Shown: piece by piece, positions 36,052 through 45,688 of the stretch
Position numbering within the stretch: the first letter of the stretch is position 1
Layout: the number at the start of each line of letters is the position of its first letter
Source of the DNA: an uncultured Gammaproteobacteria bacterium
GTDB lineage: Bacteria; Patescibacteriota; Microgenomatia; Levybacterales; GWA1-39-11
Reading direction: 5' to 3'
DNA length: 64,000 bases
NCBI GenBank assembly: GCA_964409875.1
Contig: CAYPEN010000003.1
Location: forward strand, 128,557-192,556
The notes under the pieces: generated by a model
Databases searched by the model: none
Told to the model about the DNA's origin: nothing
Seen by the model: the letters and a program-made list of their open reading frames with translations, nothing else
Made by a program: the position numbers and the translations under genes

Positions 36052-37338
36052 ATGAAGACCGTAAAAATTCAAATTGGGCATAAAACAACGCTTTTTAGTG
36101 GGCTTTTTCTTTTGCTTTTGGCACTTTTTTCTATATTTTATTTCTTCTATTTTGTGCCTTTGGAAGCCCAAGGAACACGCGCAATGTTCTGGTCATTCCA
36201 GTCAATTGACACTATGAAATATTCGCGGGATTTAGCACGCGAAAAGCTCAATGACCCTTCTTTTGACACGGTTATTGCAAAGCAAATGAAAGATATTGCC
36301 TCAACGGGCGCAACGCACGTTGCAATAGCAACGCCGTACGACGAGGAGTTCTATCCCATGCTTCTTCGGTGGGTAAGAGCTGCCCGCCGCGAGCATTTAA
36401 ATGTGTGGTTCCGTGGCAATTTTTCAGGATGGGAAGGGTGGTTTTCGTACCCTAAAATTACGCGTGCAGAACACCTGCAAAAAACCAAGGAATTCCTTAA
36501 AAATCATCTTGAGCTTTTCGCTGACGGAGACGTTTTTACGGCTTGTCCCGAATGTGAAAACGGCGGGCCGGGTGACCCAAGATTAACGGGTGATGTCACC
36601 GGACATAGGCAATTTTTGATTGACGAATACATGTTGACGAAGAACTTTTTTACTGAGAAAAACAAGAAAGTTGCCTCAAATTACGATTCTATGAATAGAG
36701 ATGTAGCGTCCCTTGTTATGGACAAAGACACCACCCGTGCTCTTGGTGGAGTAGTGACTATTGACCATTACGTTGCAAACGGAGAAAAACTTGCAGCAGA
36801 TATAGAATCTCTGTCTGAGAAAACCGGAGGCAAAATTGTATTGGGTGAGTATGGTGCCCCAATTCCTGATATTCATGGACAGATGAACGAGCAGGAGCAA
36901 GCATTATGGATAAGAAACGTGGGGGAACTTTTGGTACGGACAAATAACCTCATTGGGGTAAATTATTGGGTTAATACAGGAGGTTCAACCCAACTGTGGA
37001 ATGAAGACGGCACGAAAAGGTTGGCTGTTGATGCGATATCGTCGTATTACACCCCTCAACAATTGAAACTAAGCGTTAAGAATGAATTGGGAAGGCCAAT
37101 TGAGGCGGCGACGGTAAAGGGTGAGGAAAGATTTGTTGTTACCTCCAAAAACGGAGTAGGTACCTTGCCGTATTTTGACACAACTGAAAAGATAACGGTG
37201 AGTGCCCCAAACTATACTGCTAAAACTCTTTCTATTTCCGGTGTAAATAATAATACAATTATGCTAGAACGTATTAGTGAAAGTCCTCTTTTCAAGTTCT
37301 TGAAGTTGTTGCGCTTAAAATTGCCGGCGACTAAATAG
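36052..37338 (+). CDS. membrane-anchored putative glycoside hydrolase (TIM-barrel-like) with a C-terminal Ig/CarbopepD_reg-like domain
   Basis: N-terminal TM helix. The assignment is weak and rests on overall composition plus a C-terminal beta-sandwich-like region (KGEERFVVTSKNGVGTLPYFD). Confidence 0.35.
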   Translation: MKTVKIQIGHKTTLFSGLFLLLLALFSIFYFFYFVPLEAQGTRAMFWSFQSIDTMKYSRDLAREKLNDPSFDTVIAKQMKDIASTGATHVAIATPYDEEFYPMLLRWVRAARREHLNVWFRGNFSGWEGWFSYPKITRAEHLQKTKEFLKNHLELFADGDVFTACPECENGGPGDPRLTGDVTGHRQFLIDEYMLTKNFFTEKNKKVASNYDSMNRDVASLVMDKDTTRALGGVVTIDHYVANGEKLAADIESLSEKTGGKIVLGEYGAPIPDIHGQMNEQEQALWIRNVGELLVRTNNLIGVNYWVNTGGSTQLWNEDGTKRLAVDAISSYYTPQQLKLSVKNELGRPIEAATVKGEERFVVTSKNGVGTLPYFDTTEKITVSAPNYTAKTLSISGVNNNTIMLERISESPLFKFLKLLRLKLPATK

Positions 37339-37407
37339 CCTCATTTGTGCGTGACAAAATCGTGACTAAATTATTAGCATTTCCTATTTAGTCAGAGATT
37401 TTCATTT

Positions 37408-37436
37408 ATTGACAAGCTCATAGCTTTATACTATAA
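37408..37436 (+). promoter_or_regulatory. consensus sigma70 promoter TTGACA-N17-TATAAT
   Basis: -35 at 37408-37413 and -10 at 37431-37436, 19 bp before the ATG of the sortase-substrate gene. Confidence 0.5.
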
Positions 37437-37454
37437 TACTATATTATATTTTTT

Positions 37455-38075
37455 ATGAAGCATTTATTCATTCTTTTTACCCTTTTAACGGTCGTCTTGA
37501 CCGCTGCAAAACCTTCGTATGCCGTTTCAACCGACGCCACGTCTGCAACGTGCCTTGCGCCTGCAGGAAATTCATTAGCTGATTACCCTGACGGAACCCA
37601 TGGAATTGTAGGTGGAACCTCAAAAGAAGGTCATGACAGTGTGTATTCTCTTGGAAATGGGAATGCGTTGCAATGTTTATGCGCTACCGATGGCAGTGGC
37701 ACTCAAACAAATTGGATGAGCATTGGAGAATTAAATGAGGATCAGATAAAGGTATATCAAAATCAAGGATGGATTTATGTTCCGGACGGAAGCGTATGGG
37801 GTCTTTCTCAAGGAAGCTATCTAGCAAAAAACACTTCGTATTCCTGCGGTGGAGGAAGTTCAACCACACAAAACTCCGGGGGAGACGGAAAATCTGACGG
37901 AAAATCAGATGGACGTTCCGACGGACGCTCAGATGGAGCATCAACTGTCCAGGCAGCTACAGGAAATGCAGCCGCTCTTGCTTCAACCGGAAATATTGCT
38001 TTTATACTTTCTATTCTTGGACTCGGAATTTTTATGACCATTCTTGGTATCTGGCTTCGAAAAAACACTAATTAA
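37455..38075 (+). CDS. secreted sortase substrate with LASTG sorting signal
   Basis: Signal peptide, an SDG[KR] x4 repeat, and a C-terminal LASTGN + hydrophobic helix + RKNTN sorting signal. Confidence 0.6.
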   Translation: MKHLFILFTLLTVVLTAAKPSYAVSTDATSATCLAPAGNSLADYPDGTHGIVGGTSKEGHDSVYSLGNGNALQCLCATDGSGTQTNWMSIGELNEDQIKVYQNQGWIYVPDGSVWGLSQGSYLAKNTSYSCGGGSSTTQNSGGDGKSDGKSDGRSDGRSDGASTVQAATGNAAALASTGNIAFILSILGLGIFMTILGIWLRKNTN

Positions 38076-38084
38076 TACATTGTT

Positions 38085-38645
38085 GTGGAGTGGAAATCTC
38101 CCTATATTTCCATGATACAGCTTCTTTCCAAATTATTTTTGCTTCTTGGCCTATTCTTTCTTGCTTCTTTTGCGTACCTTCTTTATTTGAGATATTCACC
38201 GCATCCGCTTACTTTTGAGGGAAGACCTCATTTCCAAAGTACAGTAAGCATAGATACTCCCACAAGAATAAAAATACCTGCTATTAACGTTGATACGGCA
38301 ATATTCCCGTCCATTATCAGGAACAATATCTGGGAAACTACAGGAAAAGGGGTAAGCTACCTGGCTACTTCCCCTGTGCCTGGAGAAAAAGGCAACAGCG
38401 TCATGTACGGGCATAATTGGTCAAGTATTCTGGGAAATCTCCCCAAAACCAAACCCGGCCAACAGGTCATTATTTATTGGAGTGATGGGCGGGAGAAAAA
38501 GTTTGAGGTAGTGTACACGGCAGAAGTATTACCTACTCAGCGCGATATTATCGATAGTACAAATGACACAAGACTCACACTATATACTTGTACCGGCTTT
38601 TTGGATTCAAAGCGCTTTGTAGTTGTAGCAAAGCCTGCCTCCTAA
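38085..38645 (+). CDS. sortase (transpeptidase)
   Basis: N-terminal TM, catalytic His (VMYGHN), TLYTCTG (TLxTC Cys) and a downstream Arg. Confidence 0.75.
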   Translation: MEWKSPYISMIQLLSKLFLLLGLFFLASFAYLLYLRYSPHPLTFEGRPHFQSTVSIDTPTRIKIPAINVDTAIFPSIIRNNIWETTGKGVSYLATSPVPGEKGNSVMYGHNWSSILGNLPKTKPGQQVIIYWSDGREKKFEVVYTAEVLPTQRDIIDSTNDTRLTLYTCTGFLDSKRFVVVAKPAS

Positions 38646-38754
38646 AAGTCGCCTCAAAATATTTTCTTTACAAACCCTTGCATAACTTTGACTGGCACTT
38701 GCTGAATTGCTATTAGAGTGGAAGAAGTAGTAAACGGAAAGGAGGTGAAAACGC

Positions 38755-39009
38755 ATGGGCATACTTTTATGGATAGTTTTAGGAGCACTAGCAGGGTGGA
38801 TTGCTTCAATGATTATGAAATCAAACCAAGGAATAATAGGGGATATTCTTCTTGGTATAATCGGTGCGGTTATTGGCGGATTTGTGATGAATCTTTTCGG
38901 GGCGTCAGGAGTGACTGGTTTCAATATTTACAGCATTCTTGTATCTGTTGTCGGAGCAGTCGTAGTCATATGGCTGGGAAGGATGATTTTTCACACGGGC
39001 AGAGTTTAG
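38755..39009 (+). CDS. GlsB/YeaQ/YmgE-family stress-response membrane protein
   Basis: 84 aa with glycine-zipper TM helices. RBS AAAGGAGGTG. Confidence 0.75.
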   Translation: MGILLWIVLGALAGWIASMIMKSNQGIIGDILLGIIGAVIGGFVMNLFGASGVTGFNIYSILVSVVGAVVVIWLGRMIFHTGRV

Positions 39010-39021
39010 CCTTTTACAAAC

Positions 39022-39060
39022 AAAAAGGTCTGCTTTTTATAACAGACCTTTTTGTTTTTT
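39022..39060 (+). terminator. rho-independent terminator
   Basis: Stem AAAAAGGTCTG / CAGACCTTTTT followed by GTTTTTT. Confidence 0.55.
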
Positions 39061-39284
39061 GAATATTTTGTTTTGTATACAAACGTTCTCTGTGGCCAGT
39101 TTCCCGGCTACAAATTCAGCTTATTTCTAACAAAATATCCTGACTTTCAATATTCCTCGGGTAGTCGTCCTCATGAAGACTCCATCCTCGGCATATAGTC
39201 CTAAGTTTGCCCCGATATCAGTAACTTATTAGGACTAATACTACCGTAGAGCTTTTTTTCACAATTGTCAAGCGTAATGCTCAC

Positions 39285-39731
39285 TCATGCAATAGTTTTG
39301 ACGTTATTTACAATATCTTGAGGGGTAACATTTGCTTTGATGAGGAATGTTTTGACATTTGGATAGTATTTCACCTCATTCATAGAATCTATGTCCCCTG
39401 CGTTGGTAAGGACTATAACTGGGATATTTTTCAGTTCTTCATGCTCGCCCATCGTTCTTAGAAGCTCTTTTCCATTCATGCCCGGCATCATAAGGTCGAG
39501 GAGTATAAGATTGGGCTGCGTTTTTGCAAACAGTGAGAGGGCAGCTTGACCGTTTTGAGCGCTATATACTTCAAACCCTTCCTGTTGTAATATCTCGACA
39601 TAGAGTGTCCTTAAAGATTCTTCGTCTTCTACTACCATTATTTTTTTCCGTGCCTCAACAAGGGGAGTTGTAGTAATAGGCGTCTCTGCTTTCTTCGTCC
39701 CGAACTTTTTGAATACACTAAGAATTGCCAT
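39285..39731 (-). CDS. single-domain response-regulator receiver protein (CheY-like)
   Basis: MVVEDEES...LILLDLMMPGMNGKELL, with no output domain. Confidence 0.7.
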   Translation of the reverse strand: MAILSVFKKFGTKKAETPITTTPLVEARKKIMVVEDEESLRTLYVEILQQEGFEVYSAQNGQAALSLFAKTQPNLILLDLMMPGMNGKELLRTMGEHEELKNIPVIVLTNAGDIDSMNEVKYYPNVKTFLIKANVTPQDIVNNVKTIA

Positions 39732-39772
39732 TCACCTCAATAATAGGTCTACAAAATTTTTCTGTCAACTTA

Positions 39773-39973
39773 TTACTCATTTGAGGTATTGGTAAGCGCC
39801 GTACGGAAATCGGAAATTCCGTCATTTAATGCGCCCTTTGTTTTGTCCACTATTCCCCGTGCAGAACTTCCTGTCCTCATTTCCACTTCGCCTTTGAATT
39901 TTTGGAATTTACCCTTTATTTTTTGTCCAATTATGGTTTGTTTTTGCAATGTTTTCACCTCCCTTTCTACCAT
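39773..39973 (-). CDS. CsbD-family general stress protein
   Basis: 66 aa, Lys/Gly-rich, with KIKGKFQKFKGEV...DKTKGALNDGISD repeats. Confidence 0.55.
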   Translation of the reverse strand: MVEREVKTLQKQTIIGQKIKGKFQKFKGEVEMRTGSSARGIVDKTKGALNDGISDFRTALTNTSNE

Positions 39974-40095
39974 ACTTCAAATGTGTCGGAACTTTTTTAT
40001 AAGAGGGTAAAATTTTCTTGAGAAAACCTTACCGCATTTTTGTCTTATGGATACGACTGGCATATATGATAGGAAGATAGAAAGGGGGTGAAAAA

Positions 40096-40671
40096 ATGAA
40101 GACTGTTTTAGGAGTATTTAATTCTCAAGAAAATGCCGAGCTTGCCATTTCTGACCTTGAGTCACATGGGTACCACCCAAAAGACATTTCAATTGTAATG
40201 CAAGATAGACGGAAGGCAGAGGATATGGCAGAGAACACAGGCGGAACAGTGGCAGGTAACACAGCTTCAGGTGCCTTGGCGGGAATTGTAATAGGCGGAC
40301 TTGCGGGCCTTGCAAGCGTGTTACTTTTTCCTGGAGTTGGCCCATTTCTAATTGGCGGTCCAATAGCTTCTGCTATTGGGTTGTCCGGAGCGGCTGCAGG
40401 TAGCGCAGCAGGGGCTGCAACCGGCGCAGTTGCCGGAGGGCTCATTGGAGCGCTCACGGGGTACGGACTTTCTTCTCAGGAAGCATCCCATTATGAAAGC
40501 AGGGTGAAGGAAGGCGCGATTTTGCTGGTTGTTCCTGCGCGCGTTGGCCAGAGTAGTGAGGTCGAGGAAATACTTGATAGCTACAATGCAACTGACGTTA
40601 AAACTTTTGTTGCAGAAAGTGCAAGTCAAGAGGAAGGGAAGCACGAAAGAGTGCATCACGCTCACATTTAG
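40096..40671 (+). CDS. general-stress-type protein with a glycine-zipper hydrophobic core (YflT/GSP17M-like)
   Basis: N-terminal YflT-like region, a central Gly/Ala-zipper segment and an acidic C-terminus. RBS AAAGGGGGTGA. Confidence 0.45.
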   Translation: MKTVLGVFNSQENAELAISDLESHGYHPKDISIVMQDRRKAEDMAENTGGTVAGNTASGALAGIVIGGLAGLASVLLFPGVGPFLIGGPIASAIGLSGAAAGSAAGAATGAVAGGLIGALTGYGLSSQEASHYESRVKEGAILLVVPARVGQSSEVEEILDSYNATDVKTFVAESASQEEGKHERVHHAHI

Positions 40672-41054
40672 AGGGTAGAAAAGTCACCGGTGACTTAAGT
40701 GTCTTACGACTTTCTGACAGACCGTTTGTTTTAATCTTAACAAAATACCCTAAAGTATGAATATGATAACTCTCACGCTTCAGAAGAGATACATATATAC
40801 TCCCACACAGGCTACTCATAAAAACGGAATTCTACAATCTATAGAAAAAGTTGAAAGACCGATAAGAATAATTATTGAAAGTTTCTGGAACGTTCTTACT
40901 TCTCCTGTTGATAAATCGTAATCTTTGCTTCCCCATTGCATACTAGTGGTAATATATATAGAATTCATGCGTAATAGCAGCTCTTACACAATCTTTACTA
41001 TAATTTCATATTTATACAGGCTGTTGTCCCCTACTATGTATTAACTTATTACTT

Positions 41055-41720
41055 ATGGTTTACAAAATTTTGGTAGTTGAAGATGATAAAAATATAAGGG
41101 AATACCTTGAAGAGTCACTGAAAGAAGCAGGCTACTCGGTAAAAAGTACGGGTGACGGAGCAGCAGCACTGAAAATGGTAAGCGAAGCAAAACCGGACCT
41201 TATAGTGTTGGATTTAGGAATAGAGAATATTGCCGGTGAAACCGTATGTGTCGAAGTGAAAAAAGAGCACCCCACACTTCCTATCATAATTTTGACAGCA
41301 AAAAGTAGCACTGGGGATGTTGTGCATGGCCTTGATTTAGGAGCTGACGATTACATATCAAAGCCATTTGAGACTGATGAACTTCTGGCCCGGATTAGAG
41401 CGCGGCTCAAGCAAAAGGGATCTCCCGTAATCTCAATTGCCGATTTGGAATTAAATGCTGCAACGTATGAAGTTAAAAGAAACAACAGATTAATTCCTCT
41501 TACTTCAACAGAGTTTAAGTTACTTGAGTATCTTATGATAAACCAGGGGGTAGTATTGTCACGGGAATCAATTCTTGATCACATATGGCTCTATTCTCCC
41601 GATATTGAGAGCAGAGTTGTGGATGTATATATTGGGTACCTTCGTAAAAAAATTGATAATGACGCAAAAAAGCCTTTGATTAAGAGTGTGAGAGGATTTG
41701 GGTATACAATACGAGAATAA
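41055..41720 (+). CDS. OmpR/PhoB-family response regulator
   Basis: Receiver domain (ILVVEDDKNI...LIVLDLG) plus a winged-helix output (VDVYIGYLRKKID). Confidence 0.8.
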   Translation: MVYKILVVEDDKNIREYLEESLKEAGYSVKSTGDGAAALKMVSEAKPDLIVLDLGIENIAGETVCVEVKKEHPTLPIIILTAKSSTGDVVHGLDLGADDYISKPFETDELLARIRARLKQKGSPVISIADLELNAATYEVKRNNRLIPLTSTEFKLLEYLMINQGVVLSRESILDHIWLYSPDIESRVVDVYIGYLRKKIDNDAKKPLIKSVRGFGYTIRE

Positions 41721-41722
41721 GG

Positions 41723-42880
41723 ATGAGTAATGACCTATTGGAAAAAGTTTACGTATCTTCACTCTCGTATCTTCAGCCGCTTACTTTGGAAGAGCGCTAC
41801 AAAATAGCCGTTGAGGAAAGCGTTAGAGTGACAGGTGCACATCACGGTTCTATTTTTCTACTTGACCCGCAAGGGGAATTCGTAAGGGCATATTCTGATG
41901 TTCCATCAACCTCCCAAGTGCAGCCACGCAAAAATGGCAATACCAGAAGGGCGGTAAATGAGGAAAAGCTTTTGATTGTTCAGGGAGAGGAACTAAAAAA
42001 GGCACATTTAAAGCTCTACAATAAAGGCATAAAGTGTCTCATTTTAATTCCACTTAGTTTTAATAAGCAGACTATAGGGATTTTGTCTCTCCAGGCGCAT
42101 GAAACGAAACATTTCGGTAAAGAAATGTTAGGTGCGCTAAGACTCTTTGGGTCGCTTTTAAGCCTTGGAATACGAAATTCACAATTATATGAGCAGTCGG
42201 TCGGAGCCATAGAAGCACGTGACTTGTTCATTTCTCTTGCTTCGCATGAGTTAAGAACTCCTTTAACGACAATTTCTGCCTATGCTTCCCTTATAGAAAA
42301 AAAACTCAACAGCAATCAGATGCCTCCGCCAAAATCGGTAGAAATTCTGCGGTCTGAAATAAAACGCTTAAAAAATATCGTAAATGAACTGCTTGCTATA
42401 GACCAGGTAAAAACTGGTCAATTGAGATACAGTTGGAAAGAGGTGGCAATTCTTAATGTGTTGAAAAGGGCTGTTATCAACTTTAAGTTCAATTATCCAG
42501 GGTACAAAGTGCTTCTTGAAAACCCCGTTCATCACAAAATAATTTTAAAGCGTGCTGATGAGGAAAAGTTGCAGCAGGTTTTTACCAATCTTCTCAACAA
42601 TTCTGCAAAATTTTCTTCATCGGTCACCCCTATTGTTCTGACTATTGGAGAAGATGAAAAATCCGTATCTGTTTCAATAACGGATTACGGCAAAGGCATC
42701 CGAAAAAAGGAGCAGGATAAAGTGTTTATCGAATTTTTCAAGGCGAAAGGTAATTATAAGGAAGGAATGGGATTGGGCCTTTTTCTTGTAAAAAACATTA
42801 TTGACAAACATAAAGGGAAGGTAAGTTTGACATCTAAATTGCACGTAGGCACTACAATAACTGTTACGCTTCCAAAATAA
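41723..42880 (+). CDS. cytoplasmic sensor histidine kinase with N-terminal GAF-like domain
   Basis: No TM helices. Has the H-box SHELRTPLT and the G2 box GLGLFLVKNII. Confidence 0.75.
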   Translation: MSNDLLEKVYVSSLSYLQPLTLEERYKIAVEESVRVTGAHHGSIFLLDPQGEFVRAYSDVPSTSQVQPRKNGNTRRAVNEEKLLIVQGEELKKAHLKLYNKGIKCLILIPLSFNKQTIGILSLQAHETKHFGKEMLGALRLFGSLLSLGIRNSQLYEQSVGAIEARDLFISLASHELRTPLTTISAYASLIEKKLNSNQMPPPKSVEILRSEIKRLKNIVNELLAIDQVKTGQLRYSWKEVAILNVLKRAVINFKFNYPGYKVLLENPVHHKIILKRADEEKLQQVFTNLLNNSAKFSSSVTPIVLTIGEDEKSVSVSITDYGKGIRKKEQDKVFIEFFKAKGNYKEGMGLGLFLVKNIIDKHKGKVSLTSKLHVGTTITVTLPK

Positions 42881-42882
42881 TT

Positions 42883-44001
42883 ATGACTGAATTCGATCAA
42901 CATCCGGGTGTAAATAGTGAAGCTCAATTATCAGAGACACAGCTCATACCATTATCGGAAATAGAAATTAACCCTGAAAGGCATAACGTCCTTTATGGGT
43001 TGATGGAAATACGGGATGAGGGAAGGGACACTGGGAAATTTTTGGTGCAACAATTTCTTGGCGGTAAAAGAGTCATCATAACAGGAGAGCCTGCTACGGG
43101 TAAAAGTGGACTATTTTTTCAATTACTTTCCTCCGCCCAGGAAAATGCTCAAAGGCTCGGTATTCCTTTTGAAAAATCTGTAGGACAATACGATTTTGTT
43201 TTGGAAATGGAAAGAAGATTGAGAAAAAAGAATGGACAAGAAGGGAAACTTGAGGATGACAGCTTCAATGACCGGCTTTATGGAGAAATGATGAAGAGTG
43301 ATATATTCGAGGTTCCAGCAGTTGGTTCAAAAGAATTGGTAGATAGGGGGCGAAGTGCTGTTGAAAAAGTAGAAAGAAACATAGCCTCCGGGCAGGACAA
43401 CAAATCTCTTCTGGTATCACTCTATTCATCGCCTCTTGTTCAGACGCAAGGAGAATCAGTAAGAGCTGCCGTTGCCAGTGCACCTGCAAAAAAAGTCTTT
43501 AAACTACTTGATACTTATGGAATGGATATTGAGGGGGTAAGGAGAAGTTTGCAGAATGCAAATTACATAAAAGACATATTCCGGCTCATGGCAAACAGGG
43601 AGCATATTGCCACAATAAGACGTGAAGTTATTGAAGAAATAACAGATTGGCATCTACAGATGCAATTAGACATGTTGAGGAATGATACATCGGTAACACC
43701 CCCGGATATTATCCGCGAAAAATCTGCGGGCATACAGCTTGTTCCCGCCACTGCCGATGATTTTAGAAACCTTTACCAGAAGTTTGGGATAGAAAGCAGC
43801 GACCAATCTGAAATGGTATTTGGCAAAAGGGCTGAAGAGTCCATCGAGCAAATGATGGACCAGGCTGTTTATATGGAGTGGCGGTACCGTGAGCTTTTAG
43901 GAATAGGAAGCGACAGGGCGCTTATTGTTGGAAATACTTATAAGGACATTAAGACAGTGTACGATTTAAAGCCCCTAATAAGAGCAAGTACCACTTCCTA
44001 A
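42883..44001 (+). CDS. uncharacterised P-loop protein (Walker A GEPATGKS; KaiC/RecA-like N-terminal region?)
   Basis: FLGGKRVIITGEPATGKSGLFFQLL resembles the KaiC/RadA Walker A context, but no clear Walker B is present. Starts 3 nt after the HK stop. Confidence 0.45.
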   Translation: MTEFDQHPGVNSEAQLSETQLIPLSEIEINPERHNVLYGLMEIRDEGRDTGKFLVQQFLGGKRVIITGEPATGKSGLFFQLLSSAQENAQRLGIPFEKSVGQYDFVLEMERRLRKKNGQEGKLEDDSFNDRLYGEMMKSDIFEVPAVGSKELVDRGRSAVEKVERNIASGQDNKSLLVSLYSSPLVQTQGESVRAAVASAPAKKVFKLLDTYGMDIEGVRRSLQNANYIKDIFRLMANREHIATIRREVIEEITDWHLQMQLDMLRNDTSVTPPDIIREKSAGIQLVPATADDFRNLYQKFGIESSDQSEMVFGKRAEESIEQMMDQAVYMEWRYRELLGIGSDRALIVGNTYKDIKTVYDLKPLIRASTTS

Positions 44002-44229
44002 TTTTTTTGTTTAGTTCTTACCAAATTGCGAGTTGCATTTCATTTTTAGTGTTTACAGTTATTATATGAAGAATAAATACTTCCGGATTCCGAGTGTTAA
44101 TATTCCGCTAAAAGAAAGCAGAAAATACTTTACAAAAAGAGTACCTGTCTTTGAGATCGGTTATTTTAAGGAAAAGCTAATTCTTTTCAAAACAGGACTT
44201 TTTGTCGGAAAAAACGGATTGTTTTAAAG

Positions 44230-45684
44230 TCAGTACTGTACTTTGTAGAGCTTTGCGTTGTCAATTTGCTTAATTAAGCGTATCCTCCCTGCGTTTTCCA
44301 TATTTAAAATGGCTTGAAGAAATTTTGGCCTATCGATGAGAAGATGTCTTGCATCCCAATTTGAAGACGTATCGACAATAAGATAATTGGGGTTTCCATA
44401 CCAGTGTATCCAGTCGCAAATAGACTCTTTACAGGGGGAATTGGAAGAAAAATTCTTGCGTTCATAATAGAGAGTGTATATCTTGTCTCTATGAGAAATA
44501 TGGGGAGTAATATTGTTCTGTGATACAACTGATGCGTTTTGCGGCAAAGCATCTGAAATAATTTTGTTAATAGACGTTACAGCGGCAGGTTCATGCCAAA
44601 ACCAACTTTTTGAAAGGTAAGACAATGGTAGGTGGAGCGAATATTGGACAAAAAGAGTACAGAGGAGTAGATAAATAGCAATAAGTTTTCTATTAAAAAA
44701 GCGAAAGGTAGCAATTGTGGTAACAGAGGACCAGACGAATAAAGGAGCAAGTGTCACCCTATAATGACCATATAGCCCCTGAGCTCCCGGCAGGTCGGAG
44801 GCGATGACAAAAAAGGTTGTAAAATGTACAAAAATCAAAAGCAGCGTGAGAGGGTTTAGGAACGGAAGAAAACCGAAGGATAAAAAGGAATAGAAAAGTG
44901 TGACGAGTTTTTCTTTCGTATTTATCAAGTAATAAGGGTTAAGATTTGAGAGAAGACCTTCCCTGTTGGCATACAAGTACGGGACACTGGTTATATGAGG
45001 GAAGTAAATTAGATAAATAAAAAGAAGATATAGTACGGAAAATGATGCATAAAAAATTAAGGACGCACTTCTTCTTCTGATGAGGTACAAAAGAGAAATT
45101 ACCAGTGTATAAGAAGCGATATTTTCTTTGGCTGTTATGGAAAGGAAGAAGAAGAGCAGTGCACTTTTTGTTTTCTTGCCATCAAGAAAGTAGATGAACC
45201 ACATAAGAAACGCTGCGGCGAAATTAGAACTATGCACGTCAAACCAGATTGCGTTTTGAAGTCCATAAAACATCAAATACGACAGCATAACCGTTAAACT
45301 TAAAAAAGTATTTCTAAGTTTTCTTTTCGAAAGGAGATATGCGGCAAGCCCTCCAGAACAAACAACAAAAGCTGAAGTGAGTAAAAGCATTTTTCTTGCC
45401 GACCATATCCAGTAAAGAGGAGAAATGAGGGCATATACAAGTTCTACATGCGTTGCAAGTTTTGTACGGTCAGGGAAGGGATCGATGGTTGTGAGCGGAA
45501 GCTCGAAATTACTATAGCGCCACACAGTTTGGTCATTAATACCCAAGTCAAATCCGTATGAATCATAGTGCAAGTGCCGGATTACCGTCAGGGTGCTGTA
45601 GCACACAAAAAAAACGAAGCAGGTAAAAATTGCGATAAGAAGCGGTATATGCTTTCTTGAAAGATAAAAGAGGGGGGAAATCAC
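44230..45684 (-). CDS. polytopic membrane protein (DUF2079-like; possible GT-C-type transferase)
   Basis: HYDSYGFDLGINDQTVW loop after TM1, and many TM helices. Confidence 0.4.
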   Translation of the reverse strand: MISPLFYLSRKHIPLLIAIFTCFVFFVCYSTLTVIRHLHYDSYGFDLGINDQTVWRYSNFELPLTTIDPFPDRTKLATHVELVYALISPLYWIWSARKMLLLTSAFVVCSGGLAAYLLSKRKLRNTFLSLTVMLSYLMFYGLQNAIWFDVHSSNFAAAFLMWFIYFLDGKKTKSALLFFFLSITAKENIASYTLVISLLYLIRRRSASLIFYASFSVLYLLFIYLIYFPHITSVPYLYANREGLLSNLNPYYLINTKEKLVTLFYSFLSFGFLPFLNPLTLLLIFVHFTTFFVIASDLPGAQGLYGHYRVTLAPLFVWSSVTTIATFRFFNRKLIAIYLLLCTLFVQYSLHLPLSYLSKSWFWHEPAAVTSINKIISDALPQNASVVSQNNITPHISHRDKIYTLYYERKNFSSNSPCKESICDWIHWYGNPNYLIVDTSSNWDARHLLIDRPKFLQAILNMENAGRIRLIKQIDNAKLYKVQY

Positions 45685-45688
45685 ATTT

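Noticed and set aside
40672-41054. A 48-aa ORF (MNMITLTLQKR...) in the 380-bp spacer before the response regulator
   Set aside because: It has no RBS and is AT-rich and low-complexity. The spacer is more likely promoter or leader. The GTCACCGGTGAC palindrome at 40683 was noted as a possible terminator only.
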